DNA from: Clostridia bacterium
GTDB lineage: Bacteria; Bacillota; Clostridia; Oscillospirales; CAG-272
Assembly (NCBI GenBank): GCA_017450945.1
Contig: JAFSSP010000020.1
Coordinates: 32,954-96,953 of the forward strand
Direction: 5' to 3'
DNA: 64,000 nt
Each line of letters opens with the position of its first letter. Within the stretch, counting starts at the first letter, position 1. Under the pieces are notes generated by a model that was not told the origin of the DNA, did no database searches, and saw nothing but the letters and a program-made list of their open reading frames with translations. This document shows, in pieces, positions 46,182 to 54,078 of this stretch. A program made the translations under genes and the position numbers.

Positions 46182-46214
46182 AAAAAGCCGAAAGCAATTT
46201 GCTTTCGGCTTTTT
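46182..46214. terminator. Bidirectional terminator (livF and rnhA side)
   Basis: AAAAA-GCCGAAAGC-aattt-GCTTTCGGC-TTTTT. Confidence 0.8.
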
Positions 46215-46218
46215 GGTT

Positions 46219-46929
46219 TTAACCGCCAAGGTAGGCTTTGCGGATGCTGTCGTCCTCGAGCAGTTCCTTACCGGTTCCGGTCTTGACCATCTTACCGATC
46301 TCCAAGACGTAAGCACGATTTGCGATCGAGAGCGCCTTCTTTGCGTTCTGCTCGACGAGCAGAACGGTGGTTCCCTCTTCGTTGACCTTTTTGATCATAT
46401 CGAAAATGATGTTGACGAAAAGCGGAGAGAGTCCCATGCTGGGTTCATCCATCAGCAGTAGCTTCGGACGAGACATGAGCGCTCTTGTGGTGGCAAGCAT
46501 TTGCTGTTCGCCGCCCGAAAGGGTTCCTGCAATCTGCTTGGAGCGCTCTTTGAGGATCGGGAAACGCTCGTACATCTCTTCCATCGAGGCGTTGATCTCG
46601 GCCTTGCTCTTGCGCGTGTATGCGCCGAGGCGAAGGTTTTCCGCAACCGTCAGCTCCTGGAAAATGCGGCGGCCTTCCGGCACCTGAGCCACGCCCATGT
46701 AGGTCAGCTTGTGCGCCGGGGTGTTCGTGATATCCTTATCCATAAAGGTAACTTTGCCGCCCGCCTTCGGGATCAGGTTGCAGATCGAGTGCATGATGGT
46801 GGTTTTTCCTGCGCCGTTGGCGCCGATGAGGGCCACCACTTCTCCCTCGTTGACTTCAAAGGAGACGCCGCGAATGGCTTGAATGAGCCCGTAACGGACC
46901 TGCAGATCTTCCACTGTTAAAAGTGCCAT
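46219..46929 (-). CDS. livF: Branched-chain amino acid ABC transporter ATP-binding protein LivF
   Basis: GANGAGKTT, LSGGEQQML and LLMDEPSMGLSP motifs. Last gene of the liv-type operon. Confidence 0.92.
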   Translation of the reverse strand: MALLTVEDLQVRYGLIQAIRGVSFEVNEGEVVALIGANGAGKTTIMHSICNLIPKAGGKVTFMDKDITNTPAHKLTYMGVAQVPEGRRIFQELTVAENLRLGAYTRKSKAEINASMEEMYERFPILKERSKQIAGTLSGGEQQMLATTRALMSRPKLLLMDEPSMGLSPLFVNIIFDMIKKVNEEGTTVLLVEQNAKKALSIANRAYVLEIGKMVKTGTGKELLEDDSIRKAYLGG

Positions 46930-46944
46930 AATGCTTCTCCTTTC

Positions 46945-47718
46945 TCAGTCGTCGCCAAGGTAAGCGCGGATGACTTCGGAATTGTGAAGCACTTCCTCCA
47001 CGCTGCCGTGCGCAAGCGTTTGTCCGAAGTTGAGCACGGTGATCTCTTCGCAGATCCCGGCGACAAGACTCATATCGTGCTCGATGAGGAGAATGGTCAT
47101 GTCAAAATGCTCTCTGACAAAGCGGATGGTGTCCATCAGCTCGGCAGTCTCCTGCGGGTTCATGCCCGCGGCAGGCTCGTCGAGAAGCAACAGCTTTGGA
47201 TTGGTGGCAAGCGCACGGGCAATCTCGAGCTTTCTCTGCTTGCCGTAAGGCAGATTGCAAGCGAGATTGTTGCGCTCTTCGAGCAGTCCGAAGATGTCAA
47301 GCAGTTCCTTTGCACGATCTCGCATCGCCTTTTCCACCTTGAAGTGGCGAGGCAGGCGGAACATACTGGTAAAGAGTCCGCACTTGTATTCGGGTTGATT
47401 GGAAAGACCGACGAGCACGTTCCGGATCACGCTCATGTTGTTAAAGAGGCGAATGTTCTGGAAGGTGCGGGCAATGCCCTTGTGGTTGATCTCTTCCTGC
47501 CCGTGACCGTCGATGCGTTCGCCGCAAAGATAAATCTCGCCGGTGGTGGGCTTGTAGACGCCTGTGAGCATGTTGAAGACGGTGGTCTTCCCTGCTCCGT
47601 TCGGGCCGATCAGCCCATAGATCTGGTTCTTTTTGATTTTGAGATTGACGTCCTGAGCGGCTTTCAGACCTCCGAAGGAGATGCCCAGGTTCTTAGTCTC
47701 TAACACGTATTCAGCCAT
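46945..47718 (-). CDS. livG: Branched-chain amino acid ABC transporter ATP-binding protein LivG
   Basis: GPNGAGKTT, LPYGKQRKLEIARAL and LLLDEPAAGMNP motifs. Confidence 0.92.
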   Translation of the reverse strand: MAEYVLETKNLGISFGGLKAAQDVNLKIKKNQIYGLIGPNGAGKTTVFNMLTGVYKPTTGEIYLCGERIDGHGQEEINHKGIARTFQNIRLFNNMSVIRNVLVGLSNQPEYKCGLFTSMFRLPRHFKVEKAMRDRAKELLDIFGLLEERNNLACNLPYGKQRKLEIARALATNPKLLLLDEPAAGMNPQETAELMDTIRFVREHFDMTILLIEHDMSLVAGICEEITVLNFGQTLAHGSVEEVLHNSEVIRAYLGDD

Positions 47719-47720
47719 GG

Positions 47721-48848
47721 TTACTTCTCCCCCTTATCCGGATCCTGAACGCTCTCGTTCGATTTGACGTCGACCGTGAGCAGTTCGTCCATTTTGATCT
47801 TGGTGGGGATGCGATCCCAGGAGCCCGCATCGTTGCGTTCTGCCGCAGGATTGGGCTTTTTCTTAAAGAATTTTGCAAACAGAACCTTGGGATTGTACTT
47901 CTCGCGGAAGCTGCGAAGCGCCGGAGCGTTACCGAAGATGACGACGATCATCAGAATCAGCGCGTACACCAAGTACTTGAGTGCCGCCATATCGCCGGAC
48001 AGATGCGTCTTCAGGTAGAAGTTGACGCAGGTCAAGAAGGATGCGGCCAGAATGGATCCCGTGATACTGCCCATGCTTCCCAACACGACCATGACGAGAA
48101 TCTCGATCGAATAGTTGTAGGAGAAGAAGGAGTAAAGGATCGGCGTTGTGTAATTGGCATAGATCACGCCCGCCACGCCCGCAAAGAAAGCAGCAATGAC
48201 GAACACGATGAGTTTGTAATAGGTCACGTTGATACCGGTAGCGCGGGCCGCGATCTCGTTGTCACGAATGGCGGTAATGGCGCGACCGTGCTTGGAACGC
48301 ACCAGATTTTGCACTGCAAACAGCATCACCAGAATGGCGACAAAAGCGATGATAAAGAGTGTGCTTCCATACCCTTTTGAGGTATATCCCATCGCACCGC
48401 CGAACCAGGGCAGATTCTTAAACAGGTTTCGTACGATCTCACCGAAAGCAAGCGTCACAATGGCAAGATAGTCGCCCTTGAGCCGCAGTGCCGGAAGACC
48501 GACGATAAACCCGAAGAAGGCCGCGCAAAGGCCGCCGAGGATCATGCTGATGATGAGGCAAACCAACTGCGAGGGAATGAATCCCGAGAACACTTTCATA
48601 AACAGCGTGCCGAGGTATGCGCCGATGCACATAAATCCGGCATGCCCCAGACTGAGTTCCCCGAGGAAACCGACAACAAGATTGAGAGAAACGGCCAAAA
48701 TCACGCTGTAGCCGATCTCGGCCAAGAGGTTTGCCGTGGAGCGTTTGAGTCCGCCCGTCAACTGAAGAACCGTGAACAAAATCAAAGCAACCGCTACGAT
48801 CAGATAACTGACGTAGTATTTGAACTTGATGTTTTTACGAGAAGCCAT
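47721..48848 (-). CDS. livM: Branched-chain amino acid ABC transporter permease LivM
   Basis: Polytopic LivM-type permease with GELSLGHAGFMCIGAY, plus a ~60-aa hydrophilic C-terminal tail. Confidence 0.88.
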   Translation of the reverse strand: MASRKNIKFKYYVSYLIVAVALILFTVLQLTGGLKRSTANLLAEIGYSVILAVSLNLVVGFLGELSLGHAGFMCIGAYLGTLFMKVFSGFIPSQLVCLIISMILGGLCAAFFGFIVGLPALRLKGDYLAIVTLAFGEIVRNLFKNLPWFGGAMGYTSKGYGSTLFIIAFVAILVMLFAVQNLVRSKHGRAITAIRDNEIAARATGINVTYYKLIVFVIAAFFAGVAGVIYANYTTPILYSFFSYNYSIEILVMVVLGSMGSITGSILAASFLTCVNFYLKTHLSGDMAALKYLVYALILMIVVIFGNAPALRSFREKYNPKVLFAKFFKKKPNPAAERNDAGSWDRIPTKIKMDELLTVDVKSNESVQDPDKGEK

Positions 48849-48849
48849 A

Positions 48850-49713
48850 TCACACCTTCTCTCTGCGCTTCTTGCCCAAAAGCCCTGTCGGCTTCACAAG
48901 AAGGATCACGATCAACAGACTGAATTCAATTGCCGTCGTATAGGGGTTCAGAGCCGGAATACTCATGCAAACCTTTTCGATCACGCCGAGAAGGATCCCG
49001 CCGATCATAGCGCCGGGGATCGATCCGATGCCGCCGATGACCGCCGCCGTAAAGGCTTTGATACCGGGAAGCGAGCCGACTGTGGGAGAGGTTGCCGGAA
49101 TCTGCAAAAGATAAAATACGCTTGCGGCAGCAGCCAAAGCAGACCCGATTCCAAAGGTCAGGGTGATCACTTTGTTGACCGGAATTCCCATCAGCTCGGC
49201 AGCTCCTCTGTCTTCCGACACGGCAAGCATGGCACGACCTGTTTTGGTTTTTTTAATGAAGACGGTGAGTCCCGCCATGATCACGGCCGCGACGCCAAGG
49301 GTTACAAGCGTAGAAATATTGAGCGTTGTAGAACCAAACGTGACGTGTCCGAAATTGATCAGCGTGACAGGCTGCGGTTTTGCACCGTAAATCAGCTGTG
49401 CGATACTTTGCAAGAGGTAGCTGACGCCGATCGCCGTGATCAGAACGGCCAACGGAGAGGCTCCCCGCAAAGGTTTGTAGGCCACTTTTTCCACTACAAT
49501 GCCCAAGATTGTGCATACGATAACCGCCATCACGATTGCAACGGCCGGGAAGCCGCAGAGTGCCATCGTAGTCAGGATGGCATAGGTTCCCACCATAATG
49601 ATATCGCCATGGGCAAAATTCAGCATTTTTGCAATGCCGTAAACCATCGTATAGCCGAGTGCAATCAGAGCGTAGATGCTCCCCAGACTCAGCCCGTCAA
49701 TCAATGTGCTCAT
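48850..49713 (-). CDS. livH: Branched-chain amino acid ABC transporter permease LivH
   Basis: MSTLIDGLSLGSIYALIALGYTMVYGIAKMLNFAHGD is typical of LivH. Confidence 0.9.
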   Translation of the reverse strand: MSTLIDGLSLGSIYALIALGYTMVYGIAKMLNFAHGDIIMVGTYAILTTMALCGFPAVAIVMAVIVCTILGIVVEKVAYKPLRGASPLAVLITAIGVSYLLQSIAQLIYGAKPQPVTLINFGHVTFGSTTLNISTLVTLGVAAVIMAGLTVFIKKTKTGRAMLAVSEDRGAAELMGIPVNKVITLTFGIGSALAAAASVFYLLQIPATSPTVGSLPGIKAFTAAVIGGIGSIPGAMIGGILLGVIEKVCMSIPALNPYTTAIEFSLLIVILLVKPTGLLGKKRREKV

Positions 49714-49743
49714 TGTCTATATCCTTTCAAAATGCTCTTGAGC

Positions 49744-49783
49744 CCAACCGACCCCCCTGCGGCTTTCGCCGCAGAGGGGTTGG
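49744..49783 (-). other. Intercistronic GC-rich stem-loop between the binding-protein gene and livH
   Basis: Minus strand reads CCAACCCCTCTGCGGC-gaaa-GCCGCAGGGGGGTCGGTTGG. No U-tract follows. Confidence 0.6.
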
Positions 49784-49809
49784 CGTGAAATATCGTGAAA
49801 TGAGATCGA

Positions 49810-50949
49810 TTAGTCCAATTCAACGATCTGGGCAGACTTCGTGCAAGCACCGCTTGCATCCCACTTCATGGAGCCGGTTGCACCGGTGTAGGAGAAGGAA
49901 GAAGAAGTGATGGTTGCTTTGGCCTTGTTGCAGAGGTCGGAAGCCGAAATGGTCACGTCGCTAACGCCGGCAGTCTTCATAGCCTGATAGATGGCCATGA
50001 CTGCATCGTAACCGTCAGCTGCAAACTGGTCGGGCTCTTCACCGTATTTTGCCTTGAAAGCGGTAACGAAAGCCGAAACCTTTGCGTCGGTGCTGTTCAC
50101 GTCGAAGGGGGTGATATATTTGATGGTGTTTGCGGGCTTATCGGTAGCGGTGAACTGACCGGCAATGCCGTCAAAACCGTCGCAGCCGAAGAAGACAGCG
50201 GTGGAACCCTTTGCAGCGGAAGCCTTGATGAAGAGAGCGGCTTCGGTGTAGTAGAAGGGCATAAAGACGATGTCGCAATCCTTCAGAGCGCCAGCCTGAG
50301 TGGAGAAGTCCACTTTGTTCTCAGCGTCGAATTTTTGCTCGGTAAAGGTCAGACCGATCTCGTTGGCCTTTTGCTTGAAGGCTTCGTAGACACCGGTGGA
50401 GTAGGAATCGCTGGAGTCATAGATCACACCGACGTTGGTAAAGCCGTCGTCTTTGATCTGCTGAGCGGCAAGGGTACCCTGGTCGGGGTCGCCGAAGCAA
50501 ACGCGGAATGCGTTGTCGCCGATCTCAATGACAGCCTGCTCGGAAGCGGAAGGAGTCATGAAGAATACGTTGTCCTCTTTTGCCTTGGCGCCAAAGGACT
50601 TGCATGCGCCAGAGGTGACAGAGCCAAGAGAAATCTGCATGCCTGCTTCGTACAGGGTATCGTAACCGGTACCAGCTTCAGCAGCTTCCGCTTTGTCATC
50701 ACGCATCTCGAACTTGAAGTTCACGCCGTTCAGACCACCGGCTTTGTTGATCTCTTCAACAGCCAGGGTAGCACCCTTCTGTACCGAGATGCCGTAGGAA
50801 GCAGCACCACCGGTCAGCGGGCCGGTTGCACCGATGAAGTACTCGGTGTTGTTTGCGGTGTAGCTCTTCTTATTTCCGCAGGCTGCGAACACAGCGGCGC
50901 AAAGAACAACACAAAGGACGACGGACATGATTCTTACGAACTTTTTCAT
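49810..50949 (-). CDS. livJ: Branched-chain amino acid ABC transporter substrate-binding lipoprotein (LivJ/K-like)
   Basis: Signal peptide with lipobox VFAAC|GN. Type-I periplasmic-binding-protein fold features. First gene of the operon. Confidence 0.85.
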   Translation of the reverse strand: MKKFVRIMSVVLCVVLCAAVFAACGNKKSYTANNTEYFIGATGPLTGGAASYGISVQKGATLAVEEINKAGGLNGVNFKFEMRDDKAEAAEAGTGYDTLYEAGMQISLGSVTSGACKSFGAKAKEDNVFFMTPSASEQAVIEIGDNAFRVCFGDPDQGTLAAQQIKDDGFTNVGVIYDSSDSYSTGVYEAFKQKANEIGLTFTEQKFDAENKVDFSTQAGALKDCDIVFMPFYYTEAALFIKASAAKGSTAVFFGCDGFDGIAGQFTATDKPANTIKYITPFDVNSTDAKVSAFVTAFKAKYGEEPDQFAADGYDAVMAIYQAMKTAGVSDVTISASDLCNKAKATITSSSFSYTGATGSMKWDASGACTKSAQIVELD

Positions 50950-51015
50950 TGTTTTTTACCTCTTTTCAAAAGATTGTATTGTATTTTCAGCCCGACAGGG
51001 CAAAAAACCGATCTA

Positions 51016-51054
51016 TGAAAAAATGCGGTTCTACCGGAAAAGTAAAACCGCATG
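51016..51054 (-). terminator. Rho-independent terminator after the 81-aa ORF
   Basis: Stem ATGCGGTT (51023-51030) pairs with AACCGCAT (51046-51053); T6 follows on the minus strand. Confidence 0.65.
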
Positions 51055-51067
51055 CAGTTTTTTTGTT

Positions 51068-51313
51068 TTAACCGTTCAGCTTTACTTTTCTATGAAATTT
51101 CAAAAGTACAATAAGGGAAATCAGAATCGGCAGTACCAATACCGATCTCAGAAGAATGGCTACGAGTACCGACACGACGAAAAAAGACACTGCCAGAGCA
51201 GTGTCAAAAAGTCGGTTGGTGGCGGCGGTATTGCCGGCAAAAAAAGACTGGCAGGCAGAAAAAGCCGCGCAGGTGGACGGTCTCATCGAATTGCGAGAAG
51301 CCTTCATCATCAT
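51068..51313 (-). CDS. Hypothetical 81-aa membrane protein, a stand-alone mini-gene
   Basis: Has its own TTGACA-17-TAAAAT promoter, RBS AAAGGAGA 8 nt before ATGATGATG, a C-terminal hydrophobic stretch LAVSFFVVSVLVAILLRSVLVLPILISLIVLL, and its own terminator. Confidence 0.45.
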   Translation of the reverse strand: MMMKASRNSMRPSTCAAFSACQSFFAGNTAATNRLFDTALAVSFFVVSVLVAILLRSVLVLPILISLIVLLKFHRKVKLNG

Positions 51314-51344
51314 GACTTTTTCTCCTTTGCCTTGATTTTTTATC

Positions 51345-51373
51345 ATTTTACACCGAAACTGCCCGGTTGTCAA
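51345..51373 (-). promoter_or_regulatory. Putative sigma-A promoter of the 81-aa ORF
   Basis: Minus strand reads TTGACA (51373-51368), 17-nt spacer ending in TG, TAAAAT (51350-51345). Confidence 0.6.
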
Positions 51374-51480
51374 TGGTACGATTTCACAGAATTTTCGTTG
51401 AAAACAAAACAGTTCTGGTATTTTTGCATAAAAATGCATAGAAAAAAGGCAATATGCAGAAGAAACGGGTTGTATTGAAA

Positions 51481-51534
51481 GCCTTCCTCAGAGAGGAAGG
51501 TGGCATTTTCCCCCGGAAAATGACGAAAGGAGCC
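51481..51534 (-). repeat. Third copy of the two-hairpin repeat module
   Basis: Minus strand reads CTCCTTTCGTCA-TTTTCC-ggg-GGAAAA-TGCCACCTTCCTC-tct-GAGGAAGGC. Same architecture as 45918-45966 and 46123-46171, with compensatory stem changes. Confidence 0.6.
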
Positions 51535-51736
51535 TGCGCGACTTTGAAATTTGCACAAACGCCATTGCCTCGCGGGCTCCTTCAGTCGCCTGTCGGCGAC
51601 AGCTATCCTGTTGCGGTGCCCGAAATTTTTCAGTCGCGCTTCGCGCTCCCAAAATTTCGACCGCGGCCACTCCTCTCGCTCCCTGTTTCCCGCGCTGCGG
51701 GCGGTCGCGCTCGTCCCCTCCCGGAGGGAGCCTTCT

Positions 51737-53158
51737 TTAGTTTTTTGTGCGATTTGCCAGATCGGCGTCCATCGACGCGGCGGCAGTCTTCCCTGCTCCC
51801 ATGGCAAGGATCACGGTGGCGGCACCGGTCACGGCGTCGCCGCCCGCATAGACAAACGGGAGCGAGGTCCTGCCATTCTCGTCGGCGGCAATGCCGCCGC
51901 GGCGGGTCACTTCAAGGCCCTCGGTGGTCGATTTGATGAGCGGATTGGGCGAGGTGCCGATTGCCATAATGACCGCGTCGCAGGGCAAAAAGAACTCCGA
52001 GCCGGGGATCTCGACCGGGCGGCGGCGACCTGATGCGTCAGGCTCGCCGAGCTCCATGCGAATGCAGGTGATGCCCTTGACAAAGCCGTTCTTGGGATCG
52101 CGCCGGTCGTCGGGGTTGTAGTATCCTTCTATTTTGATCGGGTTGCACAGGAGCGAGAACTCGATCCCCTCCTCCATCGCGTGCTCGACTTCTTCCTTTC
52201 GTGCCGGAAGCTCGGCGAGTGAGCGACGATAAACGATGGTCACCTTTTCGGCGCCAAGTCTGAGTGCCGAACGCGCGGCGTCCATGGCGACGTTACCGCC
52301 GCCGACGACCACGACTTTTCCCGCGTGAAAAACAGGAGTGGCGCTTCCCTCTTGATAGGCTTTCATCAGGTTGATACGAGTCAAAAACTCGTTTGCCGAC
52401 GAGACGCCGCAAAGGTTTTCGCCTTCAATGCCCATAAAGTTGGGCAGTCCCGCGCCCGAACCGATGAAAACGGCTTCATATCCCTCGGATTTGAGATCCT
52501 CGATCGAGAGCGTTTTGCCGATGACGGTATTCAGGCGAATCTCAACGCCAAGTTTTTTCAGACCGTCGATCTCCTTTTGCACAATGGCCTTGGGCAAACG
52601 GAACTCGGGAATGCCGTAAACCAGCACGCCGCCGGCCGCGTGAAGCGCTTCAAAAATGGTAACCGCATATCCCCGCTTGGCAAGGTCTCCCGCGCAGGTC
52701 AGGCCCGCAGGCCCCGAACCGATCACGGCGACCTTGCGACCGTTGGATACCGGTTTTTGTGGTTTTTCTTTGGAAGTTTCATTGTGAAAATCGGCGACAA
52801 AGCGTTCGAGCCGGCCGATGGCGACAGGCTCGCCTTTGATCCCGCGGACGCATTTGCCCTCACACTGGCTCTCCTGCGGGCAGACTCTGCCGCAGACGGC
52901 CGGGAGCGAGGAGGCAACGGTTATGATCCGGTAGGCTTCTTCAAACTCGCCCACTTTGACCTTTTGTATAAAGGAAGGAATGGAAATTCCGACCGGGCAA
53001 CCCTCAACGCAGAGCGGCTTTTTGCAACCGAGGCAACGGTCGGCCTCGTCGATCGCGGCTTCTTTCGTGTATCCGAGCGTCACTTCGAGGAAGCTCTTGC
53101 CGCGCTCGATCGGGTCGCGCGTGGGCATGGGGTTCTTTTTGAGAGAGAGATTCGGCAT
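51737..53158 (-). CDS. nfnB: NADPH-dependent glutamate synthase small-subunit homolog; probable NfnB (NADH-dependent ferredoxin:NADP+ oxidoreductase large subunit)
   Basis: N-terminal [4Fe-4S] Cys clusters (CLGCKKPLCVEGCP, CGRVCPQESQCEGKC) and VAVIGSGPAGLTCAGDLA. Paired with an NfnA-like gene 1 nt upstream. Confidence 0.75.
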   Translation of the reverse strand: MPNLSLKKNPMPTRDPIERGKSFLEVTLGYTKEAAIDEADRCLGCKKPLCVEGCPVGISIPSFIQKVKVGEFEEAYRIITVASSLPAVCGRVCPQESQCEGKCVRGIKGEPVAIGRLERFVADFHNETSKEKPQKPVSNGRKVAVIGSGPAGLTCAGDLAKRGYAVTIFEALHAAGGVLVYGIPEFRLPKAIVQKEIDGLKKLGVEIRLNTVIGKTLSIEDLKSEGYEAVFIGSGAGLPNFMGIEGENLCGVSSANEFLTRINLMKAYQEGSATPVFHAGKVVVVGGGNVAMDAARSALRLGAEKVTIVYRRSLAELPARKEEVEHAMEEGIEFSLLCNPIKIEGYYNPDDRRDPKNGFVKGITCIRMELGEPDASGRRRPVEIPGSEFFLPCDAVIMAIGTSPNPLIKSTTEGLEVTRRGGIAADENGRTSLPFVYAGGDAVTGAATVILAMGAGKTAAASMDADLANRTKN

Positions 53159-53159
53159 A

Positions 53160-53999
53160 TCACTTCACCTCCCGGTACAAATTGCAAACCGCTTCGTGCG
53201 CGGCGCGCTCAAAGGGACGGTACATCGCTCCCCGCGCCATCGCTTCGTCAAAATCAACCAGATGCCCGTCAAACTCGGGACCGTCCACGCAGGCAAAAAG
53301 CGTTTTTCCGCCGACCGTCAGGCGACACCCGCCGCACATGCCGGTGCCGTCAATCATGATCGGGTTCATCGAGACCACGGTGGGAATGTTGTATTCTTTC
53401 GTTAGAAGCGAGACGAATTTCATCATGGGAAGAGGTCCTATGGCAAGGACTCTGTCATACTGTTCGCCCGAATCGATCAAAGCCCGCAAAGCGTCGGTCA
53501 CAAGACCTTTTTCGCCCCAGGAACCGTCGTCCGACATCTTGACGAACTTTTGCGACACGGCCGAAAACTCCTCTTCGAGGATCACGAGATCACGATTCCG
53601 GAATCCCGCGATCACATGGACGGTCGCACCTTCATGGAAAAATTTTTTGGCCGCAGGATAAGCGATGGCGCACCCGACGCCGCCGCCTACGACCGCAACC
53701 TTGCGGACGCCCTCGGTTTCGGTCGCCCGGCCAAGAGGCCCCACAAAGTCCGAAAGGCACTCGCCCACCTCCATGTGCGAGAGTCGCTCGGTCGTCGCTC
53801 CCACCACCTGAAAGATGATGGTCACGCTGCCGGCACTTCTGTCGTAATCGGCAATGGTGAGCGGGATCCGCTCGCCGTTCTCATCGGTTCTGAGAATGAC
53901 GAACTGCCCCGGCTGCGCCTTTTTTGCCACGGCGGGAGCTGCGATCTTCATGCGCAGGACGGTGGGATTTAAGATCTGTTTTTCGAGAATTTCATACAT
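53160..53999 (-). CDS. nfnA: Ferredoxin-NADP+ reductase-like subunit; probable NfnA
   Basis: FNR-like fold (PGQFVILR, VAVVGGGVGCA) with the C-terminal [2Fe-2S] motif DGTGMCGGCR...ACVDGPEF. Confidence 0.75.
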   Translation of the reverse strand: MYEILEKQILNPTVLRMKIAAPAVAKKAQPGQFVILRTDENGERIPLTIADYDRSAGSVTIIFQVVGATTERLSHMEVGECLSDFVGPLGRATETEGVRKVAVVGGGVGCAIAYPAAKKFFHEGATVHVIAGFRNRDLVILEEEFSAVSQKFVKMSDDGSWGEKGLVTDALRALIDSGEQYDRVLAIGPLPMMKFVSLLTKEYNIPTVVSMNPIMIDGTGMCGGCRLTVGGKTLFACVDGPEFDGHLVDFDEAMARGAMYRPFERAAHEAVCNLYREVK

Positions 54000-54041
54000 G
54001 GTAAAATGCCTCGCTCAAAAAAGATGGAAAAGCAATATTGT

Positions 54042-54074
54042 AAAAACTTCCGCCCGTCGGGCGGAAGTTTTTTT
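54042..54074. terminator. Terminator after the CapD-like gene
   Basis: AAAAACTTCCGCCC-gtc-GGGCGGAAGTTTTTTT. Confidence 0.75.
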
Positions 54075-54078
54075 GAAA

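Noticed and set aside
46044-46461. ORFs 46044..46316 (minus) and 46093..46461 (plus), which span the repeat element and the livF terminator.
   Set aside because: They cross inverted repeats, an AT-rich core and a terminator hairpin, and one runs antisense into livF. They have no RBS. The peptide ...PSRGRWHGEAVTDEV... is simply the translated hairpin module.
51370-52033. ORFs 51370..51807 (minus), 51454..51936 (plus), 51488..51670 (minus) and 51551..52033 (plus) across the nfnB-distal intergenic tract.
   Set aside because: All are translations of the GC-rich hairpin repeats and of the antisense strand of nfnB. They overlap one another in several frames and lack RBSs.
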